Below are positions 1-11,100 of a stretch of 64,000 bases of DNA, piece after piece. Under the pieces are notes generated by a model, which ran no database searches, was not told the origin of the DNA, and saw only the letters and a program-made list of their open reading frames with translations. The stretch is taken from positions 19,916,803 through 19,980,802 of the forward strand of contig OZ316895.1 of NCBI GenBank assembly GCA_973895155.1, given 5' to 3'. This DNA is from Marsupella aquatica (Eukaryota; Plantae; Marchantiophyta). Each line of letters begins with the position of its first letter. Position 1 is the first letter of the stretch. A program made the translations under genes and the position numbers.

Positions 1-410
1 ATGTCAAAGATGAGGAAAAGACGTCGAGGAGAGAAAGATGTCAAGAGTGAGGGAAAGATGTTGTGGTGAGATAAAGATGTCAAGGTGAGAAAAAGATGGT
101 GAGATGAGAAAAAGGTAAGATGTCATGGTGAGAAAGATGTCAAAATGAGAAAAAGATGTCAAAGTCATAAAAGATCATAAGGGGAGAAGATGTTGAGAGT
201 GAGAAAAAAATCATGGTGAGATAAAGATGTCAATGTGAGAAAAGATGGCCAGATGAGAAAAAGATGACAAGGCAAGGAAAAGATGCCGAGGAGAGATAAA
301 CATGTAAAGATTAGAAAAATATTGTCAAGGCAAAAAAATATATCAAGGCAAGAAGAGATATCAAGGTGAGGCAAAACATTATAAGCTTTGCAATGTAATA
401 TCAAGACATG
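1..410. repeat. Degenerate purine-rich minisatellite (~19-21 bp unit, GAGAAAAGATGTCAAGGT-like), truncated by the window edge
   Basis: Repeated GAGAAAA(A)GATGTCAAGG(T)GA variants. The same array recurs at ~4860-5830 and ~26965-27295. Confidence 0.85.
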
Positions 411-1150
411 TTATTTGTGATCCCGACCATACACTTTTGTGGTCTTGTTCAATACCTCTTGCGTTGCACATAGAAATTGGAGATGCAAGATAATTAGGCC
501 AGAGCATCATAGAGTCCTAGCACATTCAATGAAGTGATAGGAAAAGATATAGTTTTTCTTTTTCTTTTATTTATATTCAAAGTTTTTCAAAGTTTTCTTC
601 CCAATTTTTCAATTTAAATATAAATAAATTTGATTATTTGTTAATTAAGTTTTTTATCTTGGGCAGGTGCAGGCAGGCTAAAGGGCAGCTTGGGCAGACA
701 TTTATTTCAGATGTTGTGTATGGATAGATCTAATGGTATTAAAAACCATAGTTTTGATGAAGTATCAAGATTGTTTCTTGCTTTTTTATTAGTTTGTAAA
801 AAGACAATCCGAGATAGGTATTATAGTGGTAAAGAATGGTAGAGGGAGGTAGAAGGAGGAACACTTGATATGCATGGATAGTGACTTGTTTCTTGTGCAG
901 CATTTGGCAGCTCCCCTGTCTTGCTTAGGTGTCAGGCTTGTCTTCACACTGAATGTAATTGTTTTTTGGTTTATTCCTTCTGTTTGTCAGTTTCTTAATT
1001 TTTTGGGTCTGCAAATTCAAAAGACTACCACCGCAAAAAAAAGGTGCAACATGGTATTATAGTTTTTGATGTTGTCAAATGTGGTTGTCCCTTTTTATAT
1101 GTATCCCTAAACCCTATCACCCAATCCAAGAGTAGTCTGGCCCCCAACCC
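1..1150 (-). mobile_element. Putative non-autonomous Helitron-like element, copy 1 (3' end beyond left edge)
   Basis: Colinear similarity to 5430-6825: minisatellite, then GTTCAA..TGC(G/A)TT.CAC.TAGAAA.TGGAGATGCAAG, GGTATTATAGTG, AAAAAGGTGCAAC and CCCTTTT..GCCCCCAA blocks. Boundaries are approximate. Confidence 0.5.
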
Positions 1151-2232
1151 ATTGTTATCTCATCCAAATATATATATTGAATTTTTCCAAGTAAATTTGT
1201 TTCCATAAAATAATTTCATATAAGTACCAAGGTGGAATGGGTGTGTACACTCTCCTTGCATTGCATGCAGAGTGCGTTGGGGCAAAGGGTCAATACAAAT
1301 AAGACTGGTCAGGGAAAGATTGGATAAAGAGTGTACTTGCCAGTACAAGGGGACATCAAAAGGAAGTAATGTATTTGCTAAAGTGATGAGAAACATCAAG
1401 AAGGATTCGTCTCCCTTCATTTTTTCCAGTGGCTTTATTTTTATTTGTCCTCTTAGCTATGCTTTGCATATTGGGTTATTTCATCTTCTAGTAGAATGTA
1501 GCTTTCTGCTGCTAGAGGAAACCATAAACTAACTTAGCTTGTATCACTTGCAAATAGTATAAGCAAAACAATCAAGTTTGGTGCGGGGTTTGGTGATGCA
1601 AAGTACTCAATAGAGGTCACCATAGTATCATGAGCTGAAAAGAAGATTATGTCCTGCTTCCTTGGGCACTAAGAGTTGAGATGGTTTGAAATGCAGAAAA
1701 ACATATAAAAATAACTAGGGCCTCATCATGAATTCTCTGTCCAAACGACATTGTGGGAGGAGTTGTAGAAGTGGTAAAGAGAGTCTAACAGGGGTCACTG
1801 GATTTGTCAGCATGCAGCTCTATACAACTCTGTATCAGCTCCCTCCAAAAGGACTAAAGCAACATTACATAAGTCAGATAATTATTTGCAGATTGAGATT
1901 GTTAGCTTATGACAGCCTGGAATGCGCCATAGCTACCACGGGTATAAATTCATCATTTCAATTCATTCGACAAAACAAAAGCCAATTCAAAGGTCCCCTA
2001 ATTTTTACATATATGCCAATAATGCCCAAAATTATTTGCGCCATTTTTATCTCAGGAATATCAGAATCTCTTCTCTGAATGAGCTGAAGAGTAATGATAA
2101 ATCCTGAATTGACTACGAAAATGTCAAACGGATTAAGGCGGTTATTAGGCAATGATCAAATAATTCACATCTAGTGTACATTGTAACTAATTAACTGTTC
2201 TAAGGGGCAAGCCTCTGGTAAGGTGACACTAG

Positions 2233-2389
2233 CTTTTTTAAAATAAGTTTATTTCAGAACCCCAAGAAACCCAGGAGCATAGCGAAAGCCACATTGGCAG
2301 AGGCCACAGCAGCACCGGGGCCCAAGAAAGCAAGCCCTAAGTCAAGACCTTGGGGCATGCATGGGTCCTAGTCAGCCACCATGACCTGG
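2233..2389 (-). mobile_element. Short retroposon-like insert (LINE/SINE 3' fragment)
   Basis: T-rich left end on + strand. CACTAG direct repeats at 2227-2232 and 2390-2395. Confidence 0.35.
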
Positions 2390-2599
2390 CACTAGTACTA
2401 ACACCTTTCTAAAGATTTACAATGAAATGCTTGGGCTTGAGTACACTGCAACTTCACCTAGGAAACTAATATCCAATGATGCTCATCATGCATATTTATG
2501 TTTTCTTGCCGTGCCATCAATGTCACTATTGGGACTTGTGATGTGGCTAACCCAACCATGTCCTCATACAGGTCTGGCTACCAGAACATCAGCCAAGAT

Positions 2600-3640
2600 A
2601 TGCGTGCCATCTTGAACCCTTGCTTGAACTATTCTACCCAAGATTCTACCGGAATGTTGCAAAATATGAATAAGATTGTCTTGCAGGCGGCAAAGAATCC
2701 CAATTCTGTCTTTCTCTCATCGTCGCCCGCTTACAAAACAAGATTTGGGTGGGACCGGGGGCGGGACTGATCTATGACTCTCAGTTGTGTGGTGTTTTCT
2801 CCAGTCTGTTGGATCATACAAATGTGGCCCTCAATGCACCCTCCTTGCTTGCCCTCCCATCGTGCCCCTGGCCAACACATCCTCACCTGGACCCAGGTGA
2901 GGTACACCCTCCTCCTTGCCCTCCATGTGGGCCTGGACAGAGGCCTGCCCCACCTTGCTTGCCCTGCCCTGCCCAAATGCAATGTCTATTGTGGCAGTTG
3001 TATAGGCAGTTGCTATACAACTGCACGCCCTCTCCTACTCGCAATGAAAAAAGAACTAAAAGGAAAAAGGGAAAGAACAAGTTTTTTTTTTCAAAAATCT
3101 CCTTCTTGTCATGCGATTGTGTTTGGGCTTTGCATATCTGCAGCTGTTGTGTCTCACCACACATTTCTGCACCCACTTTGCAACAACACCGTGGCCACCA
3201 ATTACAAGGATGGAACAAGAACATGGCCGCAACAACTGCATTCCTGCATTGACAACATGCCCCAATGACAACATGGCCGCGATAACCGCATCATTGACCA
3301 AAATGACTGGATGGTTACAACAACAACCGTGCAATGCACAAGCATTGGGATAGTGAGAAAGTGGAGGGAGAGAAGGGGAGGAAAGGCCACAAGGAGAGGA
3401 GATGTCACCCGGCCTCCACCTAGTGCTGAGCCACTACCCTGGCAAGCTACATATGCCTTGGGTGCCATCCCTTGTCTTGTCCTCGCCCCATCTTTTTTTC
3501 AACAATTTTTTTGTGGAACAACCACTTTTATGCAACAACTACTTTTACATGCCAAGTCTTTTCCTCCATGACATATTTTGCACAATGACATATTTTGCAT
3601 GAACACATCTCCAATGGGCAATGCACAGGTATTGAGCTAG
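2600..3640 (+). mobile_element. Putative non-autonomous Helitron ending at CTAG 3637-3640
   Basis: Ends TGGGCAATGCACAGGTATTGAG-CTAG|T (degenerate hairpin plus CTAG then T). GCACAGGTATTGAGCTAGT is the exact reverse complement of 4779-4797. The 5' boundary is uncertain. Confidence 0.5.
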
Positions 3641-3847
3641 TGTCTTATAATTATGACAGATATAGTCTAAGACATAGGGCCTCTCCAGTTCAATTGTGTT
3701 TATAAACAAAGTAAGAGGCAAGGACAAAGAGCCACTAGAAGCAAAGAGAAGTGGTTTGACTTCCTCCTCGAGGCCACTCTCACCGTAGTTGTTTAGACTT
3801 TACAAAGTAGTGAATTTCTTTTCACATAAGAGATTGATGGGACCTGA

Positions 3848-4340
3848 AATTGAAGCCCCCATGGACCACAAGGTTGATCTTTGAAACCTCTATGGACCAC
3901 ATTTCCCACATTTTGAATATAACTGTAATAACTTGATTTTCCTTACAAATATTTTCTAATTTGGGGATATAATGGAGCAGGAGGTTAGCTACAATTTCAT
4001 CAAAGTGACAATGAAATTTTGGTCATTTTGGTTGAGTTTTTCATTATAATATGTAGAAGGGTAAATTCCATTCCAAAAATCTTCATTTTGTTAATAGTAA
4101 ATGTTTACGGTTGCAATTGTTTAGGTCTACCTCCTTCTTGAGGTCTACTCCTTGTAGGCACAAAACTAAAAGTTAGTTTAGTAATCATAATCATCAAGTT
4201 ATGGGCCCCAAACTAGCACATACCACCAGAATGTTGTCCACTTGAGCACTATGTCCAACCTGGTGGTCCATCTAGACTTCAATTTTTAAGACACCTGCTA
4301 CAATGTTTTTCAACATTGGTTAACATCATGTCAAAAGGCT
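3848..4340. repeat. Dispersed ~500-bp repeat, copy 1 (TE-derived, unclassified)
   Basis: Colinear with 21733-22165: GAAGCCCC.ATGGACCAC, GGACCACATTTCCC, AGCTACA.TT.CATCAAAGTGACA, CATCAAGTTATGGGC, AAAAGGCT. Confidence 0.75.
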
Positions 4341-4779
4341 TTAATTGAGACTTCAGTTGCACCTTGTTTAATTGAGATTGATTTCTCATTCAAGCTCAGT
4401 TATTACACTACTCCCTTTTTGTGAGCCTAACTTCACAAATTGCAAAGGATATCAATGACACTCTTGCTTGGTCCAAACCAACTTAATTAATTTTCTTGAA
4501 ATTCTGACATTAAACAAGTTGGTTTCACTGTTTTATTCCCTGTTTTATTTGAGCATAAATTAGATTCTTAGTGTGCACTTATAGTAACATTTATTGAAGT
4601 AATTACTCTAAGGATAATCTTCAAACCCCTTTTGCACAAAGGAGAGCCCCTTTCTTTTCATTTTCATTTTTTGCCCCTACAAGGAAATCACAAGTTTACA
4701 ATTAACACAAATCCAAACAATGTCAGTAAAAAAAATTCAGAGTGTACACTTAATCAAATTCCCAGCAATCATGTTGAAA

Positions 4780-6824
4780 CTAGCTCAATACCTGTGCGTT
4801 GCACAAAAGATGTCGTGTTGCCCAAGATGTCATTAAGAAAACAGATGTTGTGTTGCCCAAGATGTGAGAAAAAGATGTTGAAATGAACAAATATATCAAA
4901 GAGAAAAAGAGATTTCAAGCTGAGAAAAAGAAGTAGAGTTGAGAGGAAACATGTCAAGGAGAGAAAAGATGGCGAGGTGAGAAAAATATGTGAAAATAAG
5001 GAAAATATGTCAAGGAGAGAAAAGACGTTGAGGGTGAGGCAAAGGTGTGATAAAAATATGAAGCCTGTGAGAAAAAGGTTGTTGAGCATAGACGACAATC
5101 GCAATGGTAAGCACATGACACATCCAACGTGCAAGTAGTCAACACAAGAGATACGTGGTTCACCTCTTCGAGGCTACGTCCACAAGAACACACAAGAGAG
5201 CTTTACTAAACTCTAAGCCCGTTGGCTATACCAAGTCTCTACAGTGTAAGCTCTCCTCATCTCTCAAGTGGCTCCATAACAATGAACCTAAGTTCCACTT
5301 ATCCAAGCAACACCGCTTGGCATATAGTGTGCATCCTAGTTAGCCTAACCACATCTCCGACTATGGTTAGCCTAACTATGGTTACATGTCGTAACCCTAG
5401 ACCTTGAGTAAATACCTAACAAAGGTCATATGTTGATGTGAAAAAATATGTCAATGAGAAAAGAGATATTTAGGTGAGGAAAAGAATTTGAGGTAAAAAA
5501 GACGTCAAAGAGAGAAAACATGGCGAGGTGAGAAAAAGATGTAAAGATGAGTAAAAGACGTCGAGGAGAGAAAATATGTCGAGGGTGAGGGAAAGATGTT
5601 GTGGTGAGATAAAATGTCAAGGTGGGAAAAAGATAAGATGTCAAGGTGAGAAAAGATGTGGAGGTGAGGAAAAGCTCTCAAGTCAAGTGAAAACAAATGT
5701 AGAGGAGAGAAACAAATACTAGGGACTAGAAAGATGTCGAGGGTGAGGAAAAATGGTCATGGTGACATAAATTAAGATGTCAATGTGAGAAAAGATTGGG
5801 AGATGAAAAAAATATGTCAAGGCAAGGTAAAGTTGTTGTGGTGGTGTTCAACAACCCGTGCATTCCACTTAGAAACTGGAGATGCAAGGTAATGGTCACC
5901 GTAGCATAGAGTCTAAGCACAATTGAGTGATACATTTTTTAAAATATTCTTTTAGAGAAATTAATATTTTATATATTTTATTTATACTCAAGTTTTTCAA
6001 AACTTTAAAGCTAATATCAAATTATTTAAATCTCAATAATAATAATATAATTAATATTCAATTAATTTTTTAATCATGGTCAGTTTTGGGTAGGCTATAT
6101 AGGTAGCTTGGGGCAGAGGTAATTGAGATTAAAAGGAGTATGGGTGGATCCGACGGTTCAAGAAAAACAAATTTTTAATAAAGTGCTAGGATTGGTTCCC
6201 ATTTTTCTAGAGTTTATAAATGTACTATTTTTAGAGTATATGGTATTATAGTGACTTCTCCTCTCCTTATACCAAATAAGTTATTGTGCTTGACTTCATT
6301 CAATTAATTTGTTCAGGTGACTCCACTATGTTTTCTTGTGCATCCATGATGGTAAAGTTCAATGTTTTGTCTTTTGTTTCCACCATTTGTTTCATTTTGT
6401 GTGAAATGGTTTCCAATCCTTTTGGTCCATGCTATATTTCATTCACTTTTGGTTTTACGCCTTGTGTTTATTGATTACTTAGTTTTTGGCTCTACAATAT
6501 TTAATTCATTTTTGGTTTTATGCCTTTTGTCCACTACATAAAAAGGTGCAACGTGTCTTGTAGTTTTTGATAAAAAGCAACATGTTATTATAGTTTTTGG
6601 TTTTTCCTAGACAAAATTGCAACAGCCAAGTCCTACATGGCAAATGACACCCTTTCCAGAGTCAGTCCAGACTTTCAAGCAGGATTTGCACAGCGTATGT
6701 TTCTAAACCAAATGCCAACTATATCAGAATTTTTTCCCAAGACAAAAACTGCAAACCCCAAAATTGAGTAACAATGTCTACTTTCCCTTTTATGTCCCAT
6801 AGTCACAATATTGCCCCCAATATA
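4780..6824 (-). mobile_element. Non-autonomous Helitron-like element with internal purine-rich minisatellite, interrupted by a solo LTR
   Basis: The + strand reads A|CTAG-CTCAATA-CCTGTGCGTTGCACA, the reverse complement of a Helitron 3' end (hairpin TGTGC-gtt-GCACA 4793-4805, CTAG 4780-4783). Homologous to 1-1150. The far boundary is approximate. Confidence 0.6.
5080..5421 (-). mobile_element. Solo LTR (342 bp), same family as the LTR at 38761-39104
   Basis: Minus strand starts TGTTAGG and ends GTCGTCTATGCTCAACA, matching 38761-39104. 5-bp TSD AAGGT at 5075-5079 and 5422-5426. Confidence 0.92.
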
Positions 6825-6829
6825 GAGTG

Positions 6830-6967
6830 TATTATAACCCCATAGTCTAGTTAGGCTTGACCCTGGTTAAGTCACCCTAACCAGGGATGTACCTCATATC
6901 CCCATATATATAGTTACCGGCAGGAATACCAACTGCCAAGTCATTCATTCCTCATTCTCTTCCAACA
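6830..6967 (+). repeat. 5' LTR of Bianca-like element
   Basis: Direct repeat of 12810-12947, TATT...AACA termini. Confidence 0.95.
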
Positions 6968-6979
6968 CGTTATCAGCAC
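6968..6979 (+). other. Primer binding site complementary to the anticodon arm of tRNA-Ile (half-tRNA priming)
   Basis: CGTTATCAGCAC immediately follows the LTR. It is the reverse complement of GTGCT(I)ATAACG of plant tRNA-Ile(IAU), recalled from memory. Confidence 0.75.
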
Positions 6980-8118
6980 AAGAGATTCACCAGGCTGAGC
7001 AGGAGAAGAAGGAAAAAATTTAGGGATCATGGAGATTGCATGAGTGACATTGAAAATTAGAGAACCACAGTGAGCAATTTAGAAGCAAGGAAACCCCAAG
7101 TCATCCCACGAACCAAATACCAACAATCGAGACCTCAAATCCTCGCTGCACCTTCCAACTGAATACAAAAGAAGATTAATAAGGACACGTCTAGTACTGG
7201 ATCGAATGCAGAAGAGCAGCAAGGAGATAAGGAACACGAAGAGATGGCAAATTGATCAGTACAAACAGGGGAGATTGGACCAAAATTGAAAGCAGATTGA
7301 CATTGAAGACCCCAGGGAAATCAAGACCTGAAAGAGAGACAACCTGAAGAAAACTGTCACAAAGAAGAAGTCAAGAACCCAGTCTAAGCAATAAGACCCA
7401 GGATTCAAATTGACTATGGAAGACGGAAGCAATTGTGAATTGAATCGAAGGATCATTTAGCACAAGAAAATTCCAACCGGCACCCAGGCACCATGTTAAG
7501 GACTCAAACCTGAAATCCCTGACAGACACAGGAAAGGAAGAGAAAAGGATAAGGCCCACGAAACCCTGGGATTGCTGCACAGAGTAATCAGACTGAAATC
7601 CAAAAGAAGAACACAATCTAGCACCATAGATGCACGAACCGGTTCCAGACTTGAAGAACAACAGTCAAAGAAATTGAAAGAAATCCCCAGCCAAAATGAT
7701 TGACAGTGCGAAGCATAAGGACAGCAATAAACCGAAGAACTCCGGGGATAGCACTAAGAGAAAGGAGACAATAGATAGCAAAATTGATCCTGAAGAGAAG
7801 TGATCGATTGAAGCAAACAGAAGAGAGCCTCTCAAGTACTGAAGGAAATGATCAGGAGAGAAAGCGAATCATCGAAAAAAAACTTCCATCGGCTCCTGAG
7901 GCTATTTACAAAGGAGCGAGAAGAAAATTTGAGCACTATTTGTGAGTAAGTGATAGCAGCAATTCAGGTTTGTGTATGCGTGGCCGATCCGTGGCTCCTA
8001 TGACAAAGTACAATAAATCCAGTGGACGAAGCACATCGATCTATTGAGAAAGGGAATTGAATTGAGTCGAAGAAGCCTCAAACAATTGAAGGAGGCCCAT
8101 AAGGACACAACCAATAGC

Positions 8119-11100
8119 TGCAGGATCCCTAAATACCTTAGGGACCTTTATCAGAATTCCTGAAAAGGGAAACAACACCAAGCTGGACCTAGTGAAGCCC
8201 ACGGAACATTCTTAGAATCCCCAGACCTTTTTCAAGATTTCGTAGACCAACCTACAAACCTTGAAACACACTTAGTAACACAGGACCATAGGTTACCATC
8301 ACAATTAGACCACATTAGCACACGCATTATAGATAGTGGGACAACCCACTCAATCCTGAGAGATAGAAACCTATTCCATGAAATCACCCCTTCTCAGAGG
8401 GCGATCACGACCATCAATGGTCAAAGCAATGTGGAAGAGGGGTATGGTCCAGCATCCCTCAAATTACCTCAAGGCACAATAATCAATATAATTAGCCTCT
8501 GCTATATTTGCCCCTAGGGCAACTCGAAACCTATTAAGTTTTAGAGATATCCGTGCAAATGGACTCCATGTCCAGACTGGTCATCGAGATAACTAGGAGG
8601 TCATGCATTTGGTTACCATTACACCTTCAGGTGCAATTATAAAGGAAACTCTCCTATCGTACTCATGTGGTTCTATCTCACCAACATTGAATGCTTGCAT
8701 AATAATGCCAATGTGCACAACTCAAACAAACTTTGGCATGAACGGCTAGGGCACCCTGGCCAAAGCATCCTGAAGAAAATCACTAAAAACTCAAAGGGCA
8801 TACCGCAAAATATCCAACATATACCCACAAATTCGCCTTGTGCAGCTTGCTCCAGAGGAAAGCTAATAACAAGACCATCCACGTCAAAGCTGCCAACACA
8901 AATACCGCAATTTCTATCCTTAATACAGGCAGATATATATGGACCAATTAACCCACCCAGTGGGCCATTTTGATATTTCATGGTCCTTATAGACGCATCG
9001 ACCAAATGGTCGAACGTAACTCTACTTTCCACGCGAAACCTAGCTATACCACGCATCTTAGCGCAAATCCTACGCATCAAAGCCCAATTCCCAGAGCATC
9101 CCATAAAAACCCTGCGCATTGACAACGCAGACAAATTTACATCAAGCACTTTTGACAACCTTTGCACATCTCTAGGTATCGATGTGCAATACCCTGTACC
9201 CCACGTCCATTTCCAAAATGGACTTGCAGAAGCGATTAAGCGCTTGCAACTGATCTCCCGGCCCTTACTCATGCAATCCAAGCTGCCAGTAACAGCATGG
9301 GGACACGCGATACTGCACGCTAACAGCTTAATCCAATATTGCCCATCAGCATTCAACACTTTTAGCCCATACCAACTAAGCATTGGCAAACCGCTAGAAC
9401 TATCTCACCTTCGATCATTTGGATGTCAGGTTATGGTACTCATAACCCCACCCAAACAAACAAAGATGGGACCACAAAGACAACTGGGTATATACGTCGG
9501 ATTTGACTCACCGTCGATAATCCGTTACTTAGAACCTACCACAAGCAATACCTTTAAAGCGGGATTCTCAGACTATCATTTTGACAAAAAATCATTCCCT
9601 ACACTACATCAATCTGATAGTCATCCAATCCCACAATTAGAATGGGAAAGAACTTCACCATTATGGGAAGACATCAGAACAAATCAGGGGGAGAAAGAAG
9701 TCCAACGCATATTGCAACTACATAAGATAGTTGAAGAATTGCCCGATTCCTTTGTCGACGCGACAAAGGTTACACGCTTGCACATACCCGCCGCTAACGC
9801 ACCAGCACGCATAACCACAACAGCTGAAGCAATAACAACCCCGACAACAACACAACCACCTCGACAAAAACGAGGCCGACCACCTGGTGCTAAAGATAAG
9901 CAGCCATGTAGACGCCATTCAGCCTCGCCCACACCATCCATTGATCCAACTGCCAATATCAATGAAGAAATAGCTATACACTACAACCACATTGGAGAGA
10001 TGTGGAACAGACAACTTATCCTACCTGATGAAAACTTTGCTTTAATGGTAGAAACTAGTGTTACCAACGACACCCCAGAGCCAATTTCTATTCTAGACTG
10101 TTAGAATAGACCAAATTGGCACCAGTGGCAGACTGCAATTAATGCAGAACTAGACTCACTTATGAGTCGTAAAACTTTTGGCCAAGCAGAGTTAGCGCCA
10201 CCAGGCACAACACCAATAGGCTACAAGTGGACCTTTGTTTGAAAACGTAATGACAAAGGCCAAGTAGTGAGATACAAAGCTCGCTTAGTAGGAAAAGGGT
10301 TTACACCCTTGGGCCCCCAGCCTTTGTAAACTAAAGAGGTATACGTGCGTACACCCCCCTCCCTAGTACCCCTTATTATTTTTGGAAGCCTATAAAAATT
10401 TCTCTTGTTATTCTTAAAAACTTAATTTTGGAGAATAAATCTGCCCCTTTGAGATATTATAATTTCACATTTTACACCATTTATGAAAGCCTTGAAAAGT
10501 TATAAATTTATCATGTGCAAACGGTTCTAAAACTGATGGGAGTGTTTTAGAAGGGTTTTGGGTACATACATTTTTGTGTTCGTGACCCTTTAACCCCAAA
10601 CTTCAACTTTGGGGCATTTTTGAACCACATGGCAGGGTAGTCAGGGTTCAAAAGCTCCAAAGTCCTAAACTACTCTGAATCATAGATGTTGCAAGCATAA
10701 TTATATGTCATATACACATGTTCCAATAAAGGGTGACCACAAGGACCAATCCTATTGTGACGCGTGTCACATCCATATTACATCACCTCTTGAAGCATAT
10801 TAACTTGGGTGACATTTATATAAGCCTATATTAGTTAGAAAAGGTTCTTTGAATAAAACCATCCCTTGATATTTCTAAGCCAATTATAAAAATTAATCTC
10901 AAATCAGATTTTTTGCACCCTTCATCCGTTCGCACGTCCAACCCATTATTAATAATGCTGAGGGCCCAGGGGTTTACACAACAGCCAGGCATCCATTACA
11001 ATGAAACTTACTCACCAGTAATGGATACAATCACTTTTAGATACTTAATCTCATTTTCCATCTTTCATAAACTAAAGATGAGACAAATGGATGTTGCCAC

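Noticed and set aside
1160-1420. Possible degenerate coding remnant, loosely similar to 45582-45824
   Set aside because: The similarity is too weak to support by eye and no domain is recognised.
4198-4208. GTTATGGGCCC resembling a half-tRNA-Met PBS
   Set aside because: It lies inside a dispersed repeat with no adjacent LTR end, and the second copy reads GTTATGGGCTC.
165-5696. Phe/Leu/Ser-rich minus-strand ORFs that look like membrane proteins
   Set aside because: Translations of the purine-rich minisatellite.
8673-9389. Long antisense ORFs (also 35052-35636 and 57765-58565)
   Set aside because: Shadows of coding sequence on the opposite strand.
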